Source: Chthonomonadales bacterium
GTDB taxonomy: Bacteria > Armatimonadota > Chthonomonadetes > Chthonomonadales > CAJBBX01
Assembly: GCA_049967475.1 (NCBI GenBank)
Contig: JBMFSQ010000001.1
Span: 6,746 to 22,499, forward strand
Reading direction: 5' to 3'
DNA length: 15,754 nt
Both the position numbers and the translations under genes were made by a program. Below, piece by piece: positions 7,685 through 15,754 of this stretch (its first letter is position 1; the number at the start of each line of letters is the position of its first letter). A model generated the notes under the pieces. That model had not been told where the DNA came from and searched no databases. It was given only the letters and a program-made list of their open reading frames with translations.

Positions 7685-7752
7685 GCGCCAGATTGCCGGG
7701 GCAGTGAGATGAGGTCGCGTTCAGCCGCCGGCATCCGGAGGGATTTGGCAAC

Positions 7753-8727
7753 GTGAACATTCGAGCGGTGGGCCTGGGCATAGCAGCCGCTGCCGCAGTC
7801 CATATCGCCGTTCTTCCCAATGCCTTCGCCAAGCCGCCCGGCGATTTACCGCCCGTCGCCAGCGGGAGCGCGGACCAGACCGTGCGCTTCTGGGACGCTG
7901 CGGGCAAACAAACACTCAATTTCCTTGCTCATGACGGCCCGGTGACGTGTATGGTCTTTACCCCCGACGGCAAACGCCTTATTACGGGCGGGGCCGACAA
8001 GACCATCAAGTTTTGGAATACGGACGACGGCTCCTTGGAGAACAGCCTGGATGCGCATGACCGGGCGGTACTCTGCCTGGCCTTGAGCCCGGATGGAAGG
8101 GTTCTTGTAAGCGGCGGGGCCGATAACATGGTCAAGATGTGGAACCCCCTTACCGGCAAGCTGATCAAGACCATCCCCGCCCACAGCCAGCCTGTTAAAG
8201 CTCTGGCTTGGAGCCCAGACGGCCGTTACTTCGCCTCTGGCGGTGCGGATCGCCTTATCCAGATTTGGCGCGCAGACGGTTCGCTGGCCGGCACCATCGT
8301 AGCGCATGATGAGCCCCTAACGTCCCTCGCGTGGAGTTCAGATGGCCAGACGCTCTACAGCGGCGCTGCAGACGGGTACGTCAAGGTGTGGCGCATTGCG
8401 GATCTCAGCCTCGTGATGCGCCGGCGCGCTTATGAGAAGGGGCTGACATCCTTCGCACTTTCCCCGGATGGCAGGCTCCTGGCTACTGCCGGTGCAGATG
8501 GACGCCTGCGTCTCTATTCCATCGGCCCCAAGTCGTTGGCAGAGGGCCTTTCCACCAACACGGACCGGGCCATCAACGCCGTGGTGTTCAGCAGGGACGG
8601 CAAAATCATCGTCACTGGGGGCGTGGACCGCGCCCTGCACTATTGGAACGCCAGCGACCTCACCGAAGTACTCAAGGTGCCTGCCCACGACGCGGCGATC
8701 ACTGCGCTGGCGGTACCGCCAGGATAA
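7753..8727 (+). CDS. Secreted WD40-repeat beta-propeller protein (about 7 blades)
   Basis: GTG start with GGAGG upstream. Signal peptide MNIRAVGLGIAAAAAVHIAVLPNAFA|K. Regular AH...SPDG...SGGAD..VK.W repeats. Confidence 0.92.
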   Translation: MNIRAVGLGIAAAAAVHIAVLPNAFAKPPGDLPPVASGSADQTVRFWDAAGKQTLNFLAHDGPVTCMVFTPDGKRLITGGADKTIKFWNTDDGSLENSLDAHDRAVLCLALSPDGRVLVSGGADNMVKMWNPLTGKLIKTIPAHSQPVKALAWSPDGRYFASGGADRLIQIWRADGSLAGTIVAHDEPLTSLAWSSDGQTLYSGAADGYVKVWRIADLSLVMRRRAYEKGLTSFALSPDGRLLATAGADGRLRLYSIGPKSLAEGLSTNTDRAINAVVFSRDGKIIVTGGVDRALHYWNASDLTEVLKVPAHDAAITALAVPPG

Positions 8728-8754
8728 TCCATCAACCCCTTGGAAGGATGGTTT

Positions 8755-9528
8755 ATGGCACAGGTTCCCGGAACCTTGGAGGGTTGGTACGTCCTCCACG
8801 ATTTCCGTACGATGCTTCAACCCCGGTGGAAGGGGCTTGCTCCCCAGGTGCGTGTCCAGGCGATCGAGGAGCTTCAGAAGGCTATTCGGGAGGCCGAGAG
8901 CGTTGCTCCGGACGGAGGAGCCAGCGCGGCCTATTGGGTATTGGGGCATAAGGCCGATCTGCTTTTCATCCATCTCCGCCCGACCCTTGCCGAGCTGGCT
9001 GCCATCGAACACGCCTTCGATGGCACGGCCTTTGCGGATTGCACCTCCCGCGCCTATTCCTATCTATCGGTAACGGAATTGAGCCTGTACGAGGCTGGAG
9101 CTCGGGCTGGTACAGAGGACGCGTCCCAACTACAGCAGACCCCCTTCGTGCGCAAGCGCCTTTATCCGCAGATACCACCTGCGCGGCATGTGTGCTTCTA
9201 TCCCATGAACAAACGGCGGGGCGAGGCCGTCAACTGGTACACGGCGGATCTGGAGGAGCGGCGCCGCATGATGCGGGAGCATGGCGCTACGGGCCGCAAA
9301 TACCATGGGCGCGTTATTCAGATGATCAGCGGGTCCATGGGTCTGGATGATTGGGAATGGGGCGTAACGCTTTGGGCCGAGGATCCACTGGACATCAAGA
9401 AGCTGGTGTACGAGATGCGCTTCGATGAGGTGAGCGCGAAGTACGCCGAATTTGGGCCGTTCTTTGTGGGATTGCGCATGGGCCCGGAAGAAGTCGCCTC
9501 GACCCTCGGCGGGAATGCGCATGGGTAG
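8755..9528 (+). CDS. chdC: Coproheme decarboxylase (ChdC/HemQ, chlorite dismutase superfamily)
   Basis: TLEGWYVLHDFR, GHKADL, YSYLSVTELSLY, FYPMNKRR, NWY, MMREHG (proximal His), GLDDWEWGVTL, YEMRFDEVSAKYAEFGPFFVG. ATG 8755 with GGAAGGA upstream preferred over TTG 8740. Confidence 0.93.
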   Translation: MAQVPGTLEGWYVLHDFRTMLQPRWKGLAPQVRVQAIEELQKAIREAESVAPDGGASAAYWVLGHKADLLFIHLRPTLAELAAIEHAFDGTAFADCTSRAYSYLSVTELSLYEAGARAGTEDASQLQQTPFVRKRLYPQIPPARHVCFYPMNKRRGEAVNWYTADLEERRRMMREHGATGRKYHGRVIQMISGSMGLDDWEWGVTLWAEDPLDIKKLVYEMRFDEVSAKYAEFGPFFVGLRMGPEEVASTLGGNAHG

Positions 9529-10950
9529 ATGGGTTGCTGCAGAACGATGGAGCTGGTAGAAGCCGTTCGCTCTTGCATAGCGGCGCATGTCCGACCTGGG
9601 GAGAACATACTCGTTGGAGTTTCGGGCGGGCCGGATTCGTGTGCGCTCGTGCACGCCCTAGCCACAGTGCAATCGGTGTGTGGAGTTGGAATTAGGGCCG
9701 CTCACGTCCATCACAGCATGCGCGGTGCCGAGGCAGACGCAGACGCTGCCTTCGTGGAGGATTTCTGTGCGCGGCTGAACGTGCCCTGTGAAGTACGGCG
9801 CTGTGACGCTGCCGGCGCCGCGCGGCGGATGCATGCGTCCGCGCAGGAGGCAGCCAGAACGTTGCGCCTGCACTTGCTGCGGGATGCTGCGACTGCCGCA
9901 AGGGCGTCTTGGATCGCTCTGGGGCATACCTTGGACGATCACCTGGAGACGGTTCTCATGAACATTCTGCGCGGGACCGGCATCGAGGGGTTGGCCGGCA
10001 TCAGGACTGTGGATGCACCGTTCATCCGGCCCCTGCGTGCCGTGCGCCGGCAGGACACGGTGGCCTATTGCAAGCGCCACGGGATTGCCTTTCGGGAAGA
10101 CGCATCCAACGCATCGTTCCGCTATCTGCGCAACCGCGTTCGGTCGGAACTGCTACCGATGCTCGCGGCGTACTATAACCCGGCCGTGGCGGAGAGCATC
10201 GAGCGCCTGTCGCGCTTAGCAGCCGAAGAGAGCGCTTATCTGGACGCGCAGGCCCGCAAGGCGCTGGAAGCAGCTACCGTGAACGCGGAGCCGGGAAGGC
10301 TGGTTCTGGCTCAATCCGCGCTGGCTTCTTCGCCGGCCGCGGTGAGGCGCCGGATGATCCGCGAGGCAATTCGCGTGGTTCGCGGCAATCTCCACGGCGT
10401 GGAATACCGGCATATCGAGCAAGTGTCGCGTGCGGTGGAGGAAGTTGGGGCAGCCGGGTCAAGGGCCTGGACGTTGCCGGCGGGTTCGACGACTGTGCGT
10501 GTGTGCGGTGCGACGCTCGTAGTGGAGCGGTGCGCACCCCCTTCGGATGCTGCCAGGCGATGGTGGGAGCTTGCCCTTCCGGGACACACTCCTGTGCCGG
10601 AGTTGGGCATCACGGTTCAAGCGCGCTATGCAACGGTAGCAGAGGAGCCGGTCGGCCAAAGCGCCGCAAGAGCCGTCCTGAACGCGGGCGATCTGGCTCT
10701 TCCGCTGAAGGTACGCACGCGCCGGCCGGGCGACCGCATGCGCCCGCTCGGTTTGGGCGGCAGCAAAAAGGTGCAGGACTTGATGGTTGATGCCAAGATC
10801 CCGCGAAAAGATCGGGACAAGATCCCGATTATAGTGGATGATCGCGGCATCTTGTGGGTGGTGGGATGCGCGCTGGATGAGCGGGCGCGGGTGACGTCCG
10901 GAAGCGCCGGAGCTGTGGTTGTGGAGGTGCGCGGCATCGCAGGCGGCTGA
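9529..10950 (+). CDS. tilS: tRNA(Ile)-lysidine synthetase
   Basis: PP-loop VGVSGGPDS, HVHHSMR, QEAARTLR, GHTLDDHLET...RGTG, IRPL, EDASN...RNRVR, and C-terminal RPGDRM...SKKVQD...KIPR domain. Start directly abuts the chdC stop (TAG-ATG); alternative ATG at 9547. Confidence 0.96.
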   Translation: MGCCRTMELVEAVRSCIAAHVRPGENILVGVSGGPDSCALVHALATVQSVCGVGIRAAHVHHSMRGAEADADAAFVEDFCARLNVPCEVRRCDAAGAARRMHASAQEAARTLRLHLLRDAATAARASWIALGHTLDDHLETVLMNILRGTGIEGLAGIRTVDAPFIRPLRAVRRQDTVAYCKRHGIAFREDASNASFRYLRNRVRSELLPMLAAYYNPAVAESIERLSRLAAEESAYLDAQARKALEAATVNAEPGRLVLAQSALASSPAAVRRRMIREAIRVVRGNLHGVEYRHIEQVSRAVEEVGAAGSRAWTLPAGSTTVRVCGATLVVERCAPPSDAARRWWELALPGHTPVPELGITVQARYATVAEEPVGQSAARAVLNAGDLALPLKVRTRRPGDRMRPLGLGGSKKVQDLMVDAKIPRKDRDKIPIIVDDRGILWVVGCALDERARVTSGSAGAVVVEVRGIAGG

Positions 10951-10983
10951 AAGGCGCGGCGCGGAGGCGGCGGAAAGCTTCCG

Positions 10984-10992
10984 TGCTATACT
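10984..10992 (+). promoter_or_regulatory. Extended -10 promoter element upstream of ftsH
   Basis: TG-C-TATACT 44 nt before the ftsH TTG start; RBS AGGAGG; no clear -35. Confidence 0.55.
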
Positions 10993-11036
10993 GAAGGTAC
11001 CTGAGGGAACCCCGCATCGCCGGGCAGGAGGTTGGG

Positions 11037-13007
11037 TTGAACAACAAAAGCATGAGATGGTTCCTAACGGCGGTTGTGATTGCGCTCATTTTCTTCGTGC
11101 TTCAGCAGAAGAACCTTGGGCGCTTCGGAGAAACCGACCAGCCCCTGAACCTAACGCAGTTCCGGACCGAGATCATGAACGGCAACGTGAAGCGGGGAGA
11201 GCTGCTGAAGGACACGTTCCACGGTGAGTACAATCACCGGCCGCCAACCGCCCACAGCGACGAGTTCGATGTGAACCTGCCTGCCTCTTCGGAGGCGCAG
11301 AACGAACTTCTGAACCTCCTCTACCAGTACCACGTGCCGGTGGAGGTGAAGCATCCGCTCCTGTCGGACTGGATGCAGGGTTTGCTCTTTTCTGTAATGC
11401 TTCCCCTCGTGTTCATTGGGTTTCTTTGGGTCCTCTTTATCCGGCAGGCGCAATCGGGCGGGAACCAGGCACTTTCTTTCGGTCGATCGCGTGCGAAGCG
11501 CCTCACAGATAACGTTCCCAAGGTCACCTTCGATGACGTAGCCGGGGTAGATGAGGCCAAGCAGGAGCTTCAAGAGATCGTGGAGTTCCTGAAGAACGCC
11601 AAAAAGTTCCAGGCCCTCGGCGCCAAGATCCCCAAAGGCGTGTTGCTGCTGGGTCCTCCGGGTTGTGGGAAGACGATGCTCGCCCGGGCGATAGCCGGTG
11701 AAGCGGGGGTGCCCTTCTTCCATATTTCGGGTTCGGATTTTGTGGAAATGTTTGTAGGGGTAGGGGCAAGCCGCGTGCGGGACCTGTTCGATACCGCTAA
11801 GAGCAACCGGCCCTCGCTGATCTTCATTGACGAAATAGACGCCGTAGGTCGCCAGCGCGGCGCGGGCTTGGGCGGCGGACACGACGAGCGCGAACAGACG
11901 CTCAACCAACTTTTGGTGGAGATGGACGGGTTCGATCCCAACGCCGGGGTGATCATGATTGCTGCGACCAACCGGCCCGACGTGCTGGATCCGGCTCTTT
12001 TGCGTCCGGGGCGCTTCGACCGGCGCATCGTGGTGGATGCTCCCGATGCCCGCGGCCGCAAGGAGATATTCAAGGTTCACCTGCGAGGCAAGCCTCTGGA
12101 ATTCGACACATCGGAGGCGGAACGCGAGAAGGCCATAGACAGCCTCGCCCGCAGGACGCCGGGCTTCACCGGTGCGGATATCGCCAATTTGGTGAACGAG
12201 GCTGCCTTGCTGGCGGCCCGGCGAGACAAGACGCGCATCTCCATGGCGGAGTTTGAAGAATCGATTGATCGCGTCATCGCGGGTCCTGAGCGCAAGAGCC
12301 GCCTCCTCACCGAGCATGACAAACTTGTAGTCGCCTATCACGAGGTTGGGCACGCCATCGTAGGCGAACTACTCCCGCACGCCGATCCGGTGCACAAGGT
12401 GTCTATTTTGCCTCGGGGCATGGCCCTGGGATACACCATCAGCCTGCCCGATCAAGATCGGTACAACCGGTCGCGCTCGGAACTGGAAGACAAGATCGCT
12501 ATGACGTTAGGCGGGCGTGTTGCGGAAGAGTTGGTCTTCAACGAGATCACAACGGGCGCTTCCAACGACCTGGATTGGGCTACGGATACCGCCCGGGCCA
12601 TGGTTTGTGAATACGGTATGAGCGAACGCCTCGGGCCGCTGCGGCTGGGGCGCAGGCACGGAAACCCGTTCCTGGGCCGCGATATCATGGAGGACCGCGA
12701 CTATTCCGAAGAGGTCGCCCGAGCCATTGACGAGGAAGTGCGGGATATCATCGAGCGCAACTACCAGCGGGCGAAGCAGATCCTCGTGGCGAACCGTGAC
12801 AAGATGGAAGAGATCGTTCGCGTTCTGATGCAGAAGGAGACCCTGGAGCGGGAAGAGTTCCTCGCCTTGATGCAAGGAGCTGTTCTGCATGAGCCTGCCG
12901 ATGGAGCTGCCGGACCTCCGGCCCAGGGCAGTCCGGAAGCGGCTCCCGAGCAGCAGGTTCGGCCGCGCATCGAACCGCGCTTGCGGGCAGAGCCCGGCCC
13001 GGCTTAG
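11037..13007 (+). CDS. ftsH: ATP-dependent zinc metalloprotease FtsH
   Basis: Two N-terminal TM segments, Walker [16 protein letters not shown] pore loop, Walker [35 protein letters not shown] Zn motif, TTGASND. Confidence 0.98.
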   Translation: MNNKSMRWFLTAVVIALIFFVLQQKNLGRFGETDQPLNLTQFRTEIMNGNVKRGELLKDTFHGEYNHRPPTAHSDEFDVNLPASSEAQNELLNLLYQYHVPVEVKHPLLSDWMQGLLFSVMLPLVFIGFLWVLFIRQAQSGGNQALSFGRSRAKRLTDNVPKVTFDDVAGVDEAKQELQEIVEFLKNAKKFQALGAKIPKGVLLLGPPGCGKTMLARAIAGEAGVPFFHISGSDFVEMFVGVGASRVRDLFDTAKSNRPSLIFIDEIDAVGRQRGAGLGGGHDEREQTLNQLLVEMDGFDPNAGVIMIAATNRPDVLDPALLRPGRFDRRIVVDAPDARGRKEIFKVHLRGKPLEFDTSEAEREKAIDSLARRTPGFTGADIANLVNEAALLAARRDKTRISMAEFEESIDRVIAGPERKSRLLTEHDKLVVAYHEVGHAIVGELLPHADPVHKVSILPRGMALGYTISLPDQDRYNRSRSELEDKIAMTLGGRVAEELVFNEITTGASNDLDWATDTARAMVCEYGMSERLGPLRLGRRHGNPFLGRDIMEDRDYSEEVARAIDEEVRDIIERNYQRAKQILVANRDKMEEIVRVLMQKETLEREEFLALMQGAVLHEPADGAAGPPAQGSPEAAPEQQVRPRIEPRLRAEPGPA

Positions 13008-13031
13008 GGCGCCGGAGCCTGAGAGTAGGGG

Positions 13032-13064
13032 TGAGGGGAGGGCGGAACACCCGCCTTCCCCTCA
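13032..13064. terminator. Stem-loop between convergent genes, probable bidirectional terminator
   Basis: TGAGGGGAGGGCGG (13032-13045), AACAC loop, CCGCCTTCCCCTCA (13051-13064): a 14-bp stem with one G-U. It lies in the 77-nt gap between two convergent stops; no clear U-tract. Confidence 0.65.
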
Positions 13065-13084
13065 AACACGTGTGGTGCGGCGCG

Positions 13085-14263
13085 TCAATCCCCTTGTTGA
13101 AGGATGTTGCCGGGCCCGATGCCGATGCCTCCCCGGCCTTCACCCGGCGCACCCCCCGGCATCTGTTTGCCCCCCAGCATCACGGTGAGCACCGTCTTGG
13201 TTTGGACGCGGGGAAGCGGCTGTCCCTTCTCCAGGGCTGCGCCAGGGCCGTATCCCACCATCCTCAACATCACAAAGTCGCAGTCTTTGAAGATGCCCGC
13301 AGGAACGATTGCTTCCACGCGGTCCGGAGCCATGAACAAGCTCCGGCTCACCAATTCCTTCACCTCCGCCATCTGCATGAAGTCGTCCTGGAAGCCGAAG
13401 CCCAGGGGAGGCTTGGTTTCCGCCGAATCCCACAAGATGATCGTCTTGCGGCCCTGCATCCCAATAATCTGGGCATGGAGGCCGAGTATGTTCGGGATGG
13501 GCTGCCAGTGGATCACGATCGGTTCATCGAAGTTGATTTTGTGCTCCAGGTTGGGGCTGCTCAGCTCGATGGCGGGAAGGAAGCTTACGTTGGCCGGAAC
13601 GTCTATATCCACGTTGCCTGTGTAGCTCGTTGTGAGTGCGTAGTGCCCCGTCAAGACGGCATCGTCTGCGATGCGGCCCGGCTGCCTTTCCGTGGGCCAA
13701 TAGCCGGTGGTCCAGTTAGGCTTGTAAAAGTACGACATTCGCCCGCGTGCGGCGGCCATCCCTCTGCGCATGTAGGCCTTCTGCTCGTCTGCTAGGCCTT
13801 TCATCTCGATGGTCTCCGGCTGGCCCGGTTTGACGGTGGGCGAGGAACCCCAATACTGCTTGATTACCATATCCGGGTTCTCGATGCCTGCTTCTCCGGA
13901 GCCGGTGTCGGCGTCGGCCGCACCTTTCGAGGGTTTGGGGCGATAGAGGTCGAGCACGAGTGTGTTCCCGAGCTTGAGGCCATCGGGGATGCCCAAAGTT
14001 GCCGTAGCGCCGTCCGGAGCAATGCCGGGTGACCAAAGGCGCACGACGAGGCTGCGATGGGCCTTGGTGAACTTTTCCAGGGCGGCAGCGGCCTGCGGAG
14101 GAAGCTGCACTCCGGGCGGCAGTTGGATTTTGGGGATGGCAGGCATTCCGGCCATTTTCATGGATTCCGTAGCTGCAAAGATGCCCAAGAAGGCTTGCCC
14201 GTCATCCGCCATAGACCGTGTGGGCAGCAGAGCCAGCAGGGGCAGCAACCTCAGAACCTTCAT
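13085..14263 (-). CDS. Secreted hypothetical protein (392 aa)
   Basis: ATG with GGAGG RBS, 4-nt ATGA overlap with the upstream gene, signal peptide MKVLRLLPLLALLPTRSMA|DD, protein-like composition. No named domain recognised. Confidence 0.85.
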   Translation of the reverse strand: MKVLRLLPLLALLPTRSMADDGQAFLGIFAATESMKMAGMPAIPKIQLPPGVQLPPQAAAALEKFTKAHRSLVVRLWSPGIAPDGATATLGIPDGLKLGNTLVLDLYRPKPSKGAADADTGSGEAGIENPDMVIKQYWGSSPTVKPGQPETIEMKGLADEQKAYMRRGMAAARGRMSYFYKPNWTTGYWPTERQPGRIADDAVLTGHYALTTSYTGNVDIDVPANVSFLPAIELSSPNLEHKINFDEPIVIHWQPIPNILGLHAQIIGMQGRKTIILWDSAETKPPLGFGFQDDFMQMAEVKELVSRSLFMAPDRVEAIVPAGIFKDCDFVMLRMVGYGPGAALEKGQPLPRVQTKTVLTVMLGGKQMPGGAPGEGRGGIGIGPGNILQQGD

Positions 14264-15588
14264 CGTGAACCTCCGGTTTCATCATGGAAATGTTTGCCTA
14301 TCTTCGATGCCAACGCTCCGTTTTCCTGCCGCATGATGCCTGTGGCGTACAGATGGAGCGTTGTTTTGGCTCCGGGCTGTGCCCCATCTGCATCCGCGCA
14401 AACAATCCACCGCCCATCCGGGGACCAATCCACGTCGTCATCCGGGAGCGGGCACACTTTGCGTACGCTGACGCGGGTTCCGGGTAATTCCGGCAGCTCG
14501 ATGATTACAGCCTGGAAGCGTCCCGCGCCATCCACTTGGAGCGCACCCAAACGGCGGTCAGCCAGCCACACGGGCGCAAAATACCCGTATGGGGCGTTTT
14601 CCGCAGGCAGCTTCAGAACCTGCGGTGCGGCTCCAGGTGCAGCAGGGACCAGATAGATGCGTGAAAGTGAGAGCGTTCTTCCATCGGGGACTACGGCAAA
14701 GGCAAGGCGCCGACTATCGGGTGACCATGCAATGCCGTGGATGCGAGGATTGGGACCGTATTGTTTCCCGCAGGGAAGGACGGCGGCGGCAAAGGCCTGT
14801 GTGCCTCCGGGGTTGAGGATGCGAAGCGTCTCTATGGGATCGGCGGTGTACGCCCGCAGCACTCCTTGCCGAAAGGCGAGGCGGTCGCCCTGTGGAGACC
14901 AGGCGGGCCATCCTACGTCTTCATATCGGTCAAAGCGAGGCAGCACGCCCGTGGGGGACACTGCGAACAGGGGTCGAACGAAGAGCGCAGTTTCCCCGTG
15001 GATGCCTTCGCCTAAAAATGCGAAGTATCGGCTGCTGGGCGACCACCGCGGCGCGCGGTAGAAGCAGAAGCCGCGGGTGTACCGCCTGGGGTGGATCGCG
15101 AGCGGTTGTCTGGCGCCGTTGCGCACCTGGCACGACCACAACCCGGTAGCCACCAGCTTTTCGCCGTCTTCGTAGGTGAACCACTCCGGACGTGACACCG
15201 CCAGGAACCGATCGTCGGGCGACCATTCGATCGTTTCCGGCGTAGCGATGCGGCCCAGGCCGGTGTCGTAAGAGCGGTCTGGGCTTACGTGCTCCGGCGG
15301 CTCCAATGCGGCGACACGCTCGAGGTCTGACGATGCCACGTATACCTGCAAAGCCCGATCCGTAGTGCGGCGCAGGAACGCGATGCGGCGGCCGTCGTGC
15401 GACCATCGGGGGCACACGTCCCGGAAGAGACCGGGGACCCTGACGATGCCGGGCGGGATTGCCAGGGTGCCTGGGACGGGCCTGCGGGAGCATCCGAGCG
15501 TGTGAACCAGTGCTGCTGCCGCAAGAACCATACCCAGCCTTACGCACCCGGCGGCAGCCGACGGCTTTCTCGCGTTGAGCGCACGCAT
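14260..15588 (-). CDS. TolB-like/PD40-repeat beta-propeller, putative lipoprotein
   Basis: Repeats PRWSHDGRRIAF, IEWSPDDRFLAV, PRWSPSSRYFAF, PAWSPQGDRLAF, IAWSPDSRRLAF and VDWSPDGRWIV. Hydrophobic stretch ending in a lipobox-like TLG|C; AGGA upstream of the ATG. Confidence 0.85.
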   Translation of the reverse strand: MRALNARKPSAAAGCVRLGMVLAAAALVHTLGCSRRPVPGTLAIPPGIVRVPGLFRDVCPRWSHDGRRIAFLRRTTDRALQVYVASSDLERVAALEPPEHVSPDRSYDTGLGRIATPETIEWSPDDRFLAVSRPEWFTYEDGEKLVATGLWSCQVRNGARQPLAIHPRRYTRGFCFYRAPRWSPSSRYFAFLGEGIHGETALFVRPLFAVSPTGVLPRFDRYEDVGWPAWSPQGDRLAFRQGVLRAYTADPIETLRILNPGGTQAFAAAVLPCGKQYGPNPRIHGIAWSPDSRRLAFAVVPDGRTLSLSRIYLVPAAPGAAPQVLKLPAENAPYGYFAPVWLADRRLGALQVDGAGRFQAVIIELPELPGTRVSVRKVCPLPDDDVDWSPDGRWIVCADADGAQPGAKTTLHLYATGIMRQENGALASKIGKHFHDETGGSR

Positions 15589-15754
15589 CTAGTCCAATCC
15601 TGTGGTATGGCCACCATGGGGCGCGAACTCAGCAGGTGCGGTCTTGAGAGATAGGCGAAGTATAAGGGACGGCCGCACACAGTGATCACCATACCCCACG
15701 ATGCCTACCCGGCGCCACGCGAAGTGGGCGATTGCAGCAGGCTCACGGACCGTT

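Noticed and set aside
6720..7919. 399-aa - strand ORF
   Set aside because: Antisense to the aldo/keto reductase and the WD40 start; no motifs.
11151..12353. 400-aa - strand ORF
   Set aside because: Antisense shadow of ftsH.
13031..13795. 254-aa + strand ORF after ftsH
   Set aside because: Starts in the hairpin and is antisense to the better-supported 392-aa gene, which has an RBS, signal peptide and coupled start.
15589..15754. Edge fragments: an open - frame ending in TAG right before ATG 15588, a + frame starting MPTRRHAKW, and a - strand TATACT near 15658-15663
   Set aside because: Too short and motif-free to choose between a gene end, a gene start or a promoter region.
1..15754. CRISPR array, tRNA/rRNA, IS elements or integrase
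   Set aside because: No spaced direct repeats, cloverleafs, terminal inverted repeats or transposase motifs seen by eye; intergenic gaps are all under about 170 nt.

Overview
GC-rich bacterial chromosomal window; the gene content and protein style tentatively suggest Armatimonadota, which is my impression and was not tested. A divergent sigma70-type promoter pair at 6456-6535 splits it into two arms. The leftward (-) run holds a 537-aa exported protein (RR-containing signal peptide, Gly/Met-rich insert), tatC, a DUF1998 DExH helicase (MrfA/YprA/SftH/Hrq1 family), a small single-pass membrane protein, and an nSTAND1-like STAND ATPase. The ATPase runs off the left edge and is missing from the supplied ORF track. 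The rightward (+) run holds an aldo/keto reductase, a secreted WD40 propeller, coproheme decarboxylase (chdC/hemQ), tilS and ftsH. It converges at a hairpin on a (-) pair: a TolB/PD40-like lipoprotein and a secreted hypothetical protein. I saw no RNA genes, CRISPR arrays or mobile elements. Most of the window is housekeeping. The best novelty candidate is the leftward run, especially the divergent STAND ATPase, but a shared function is not demonstrated.
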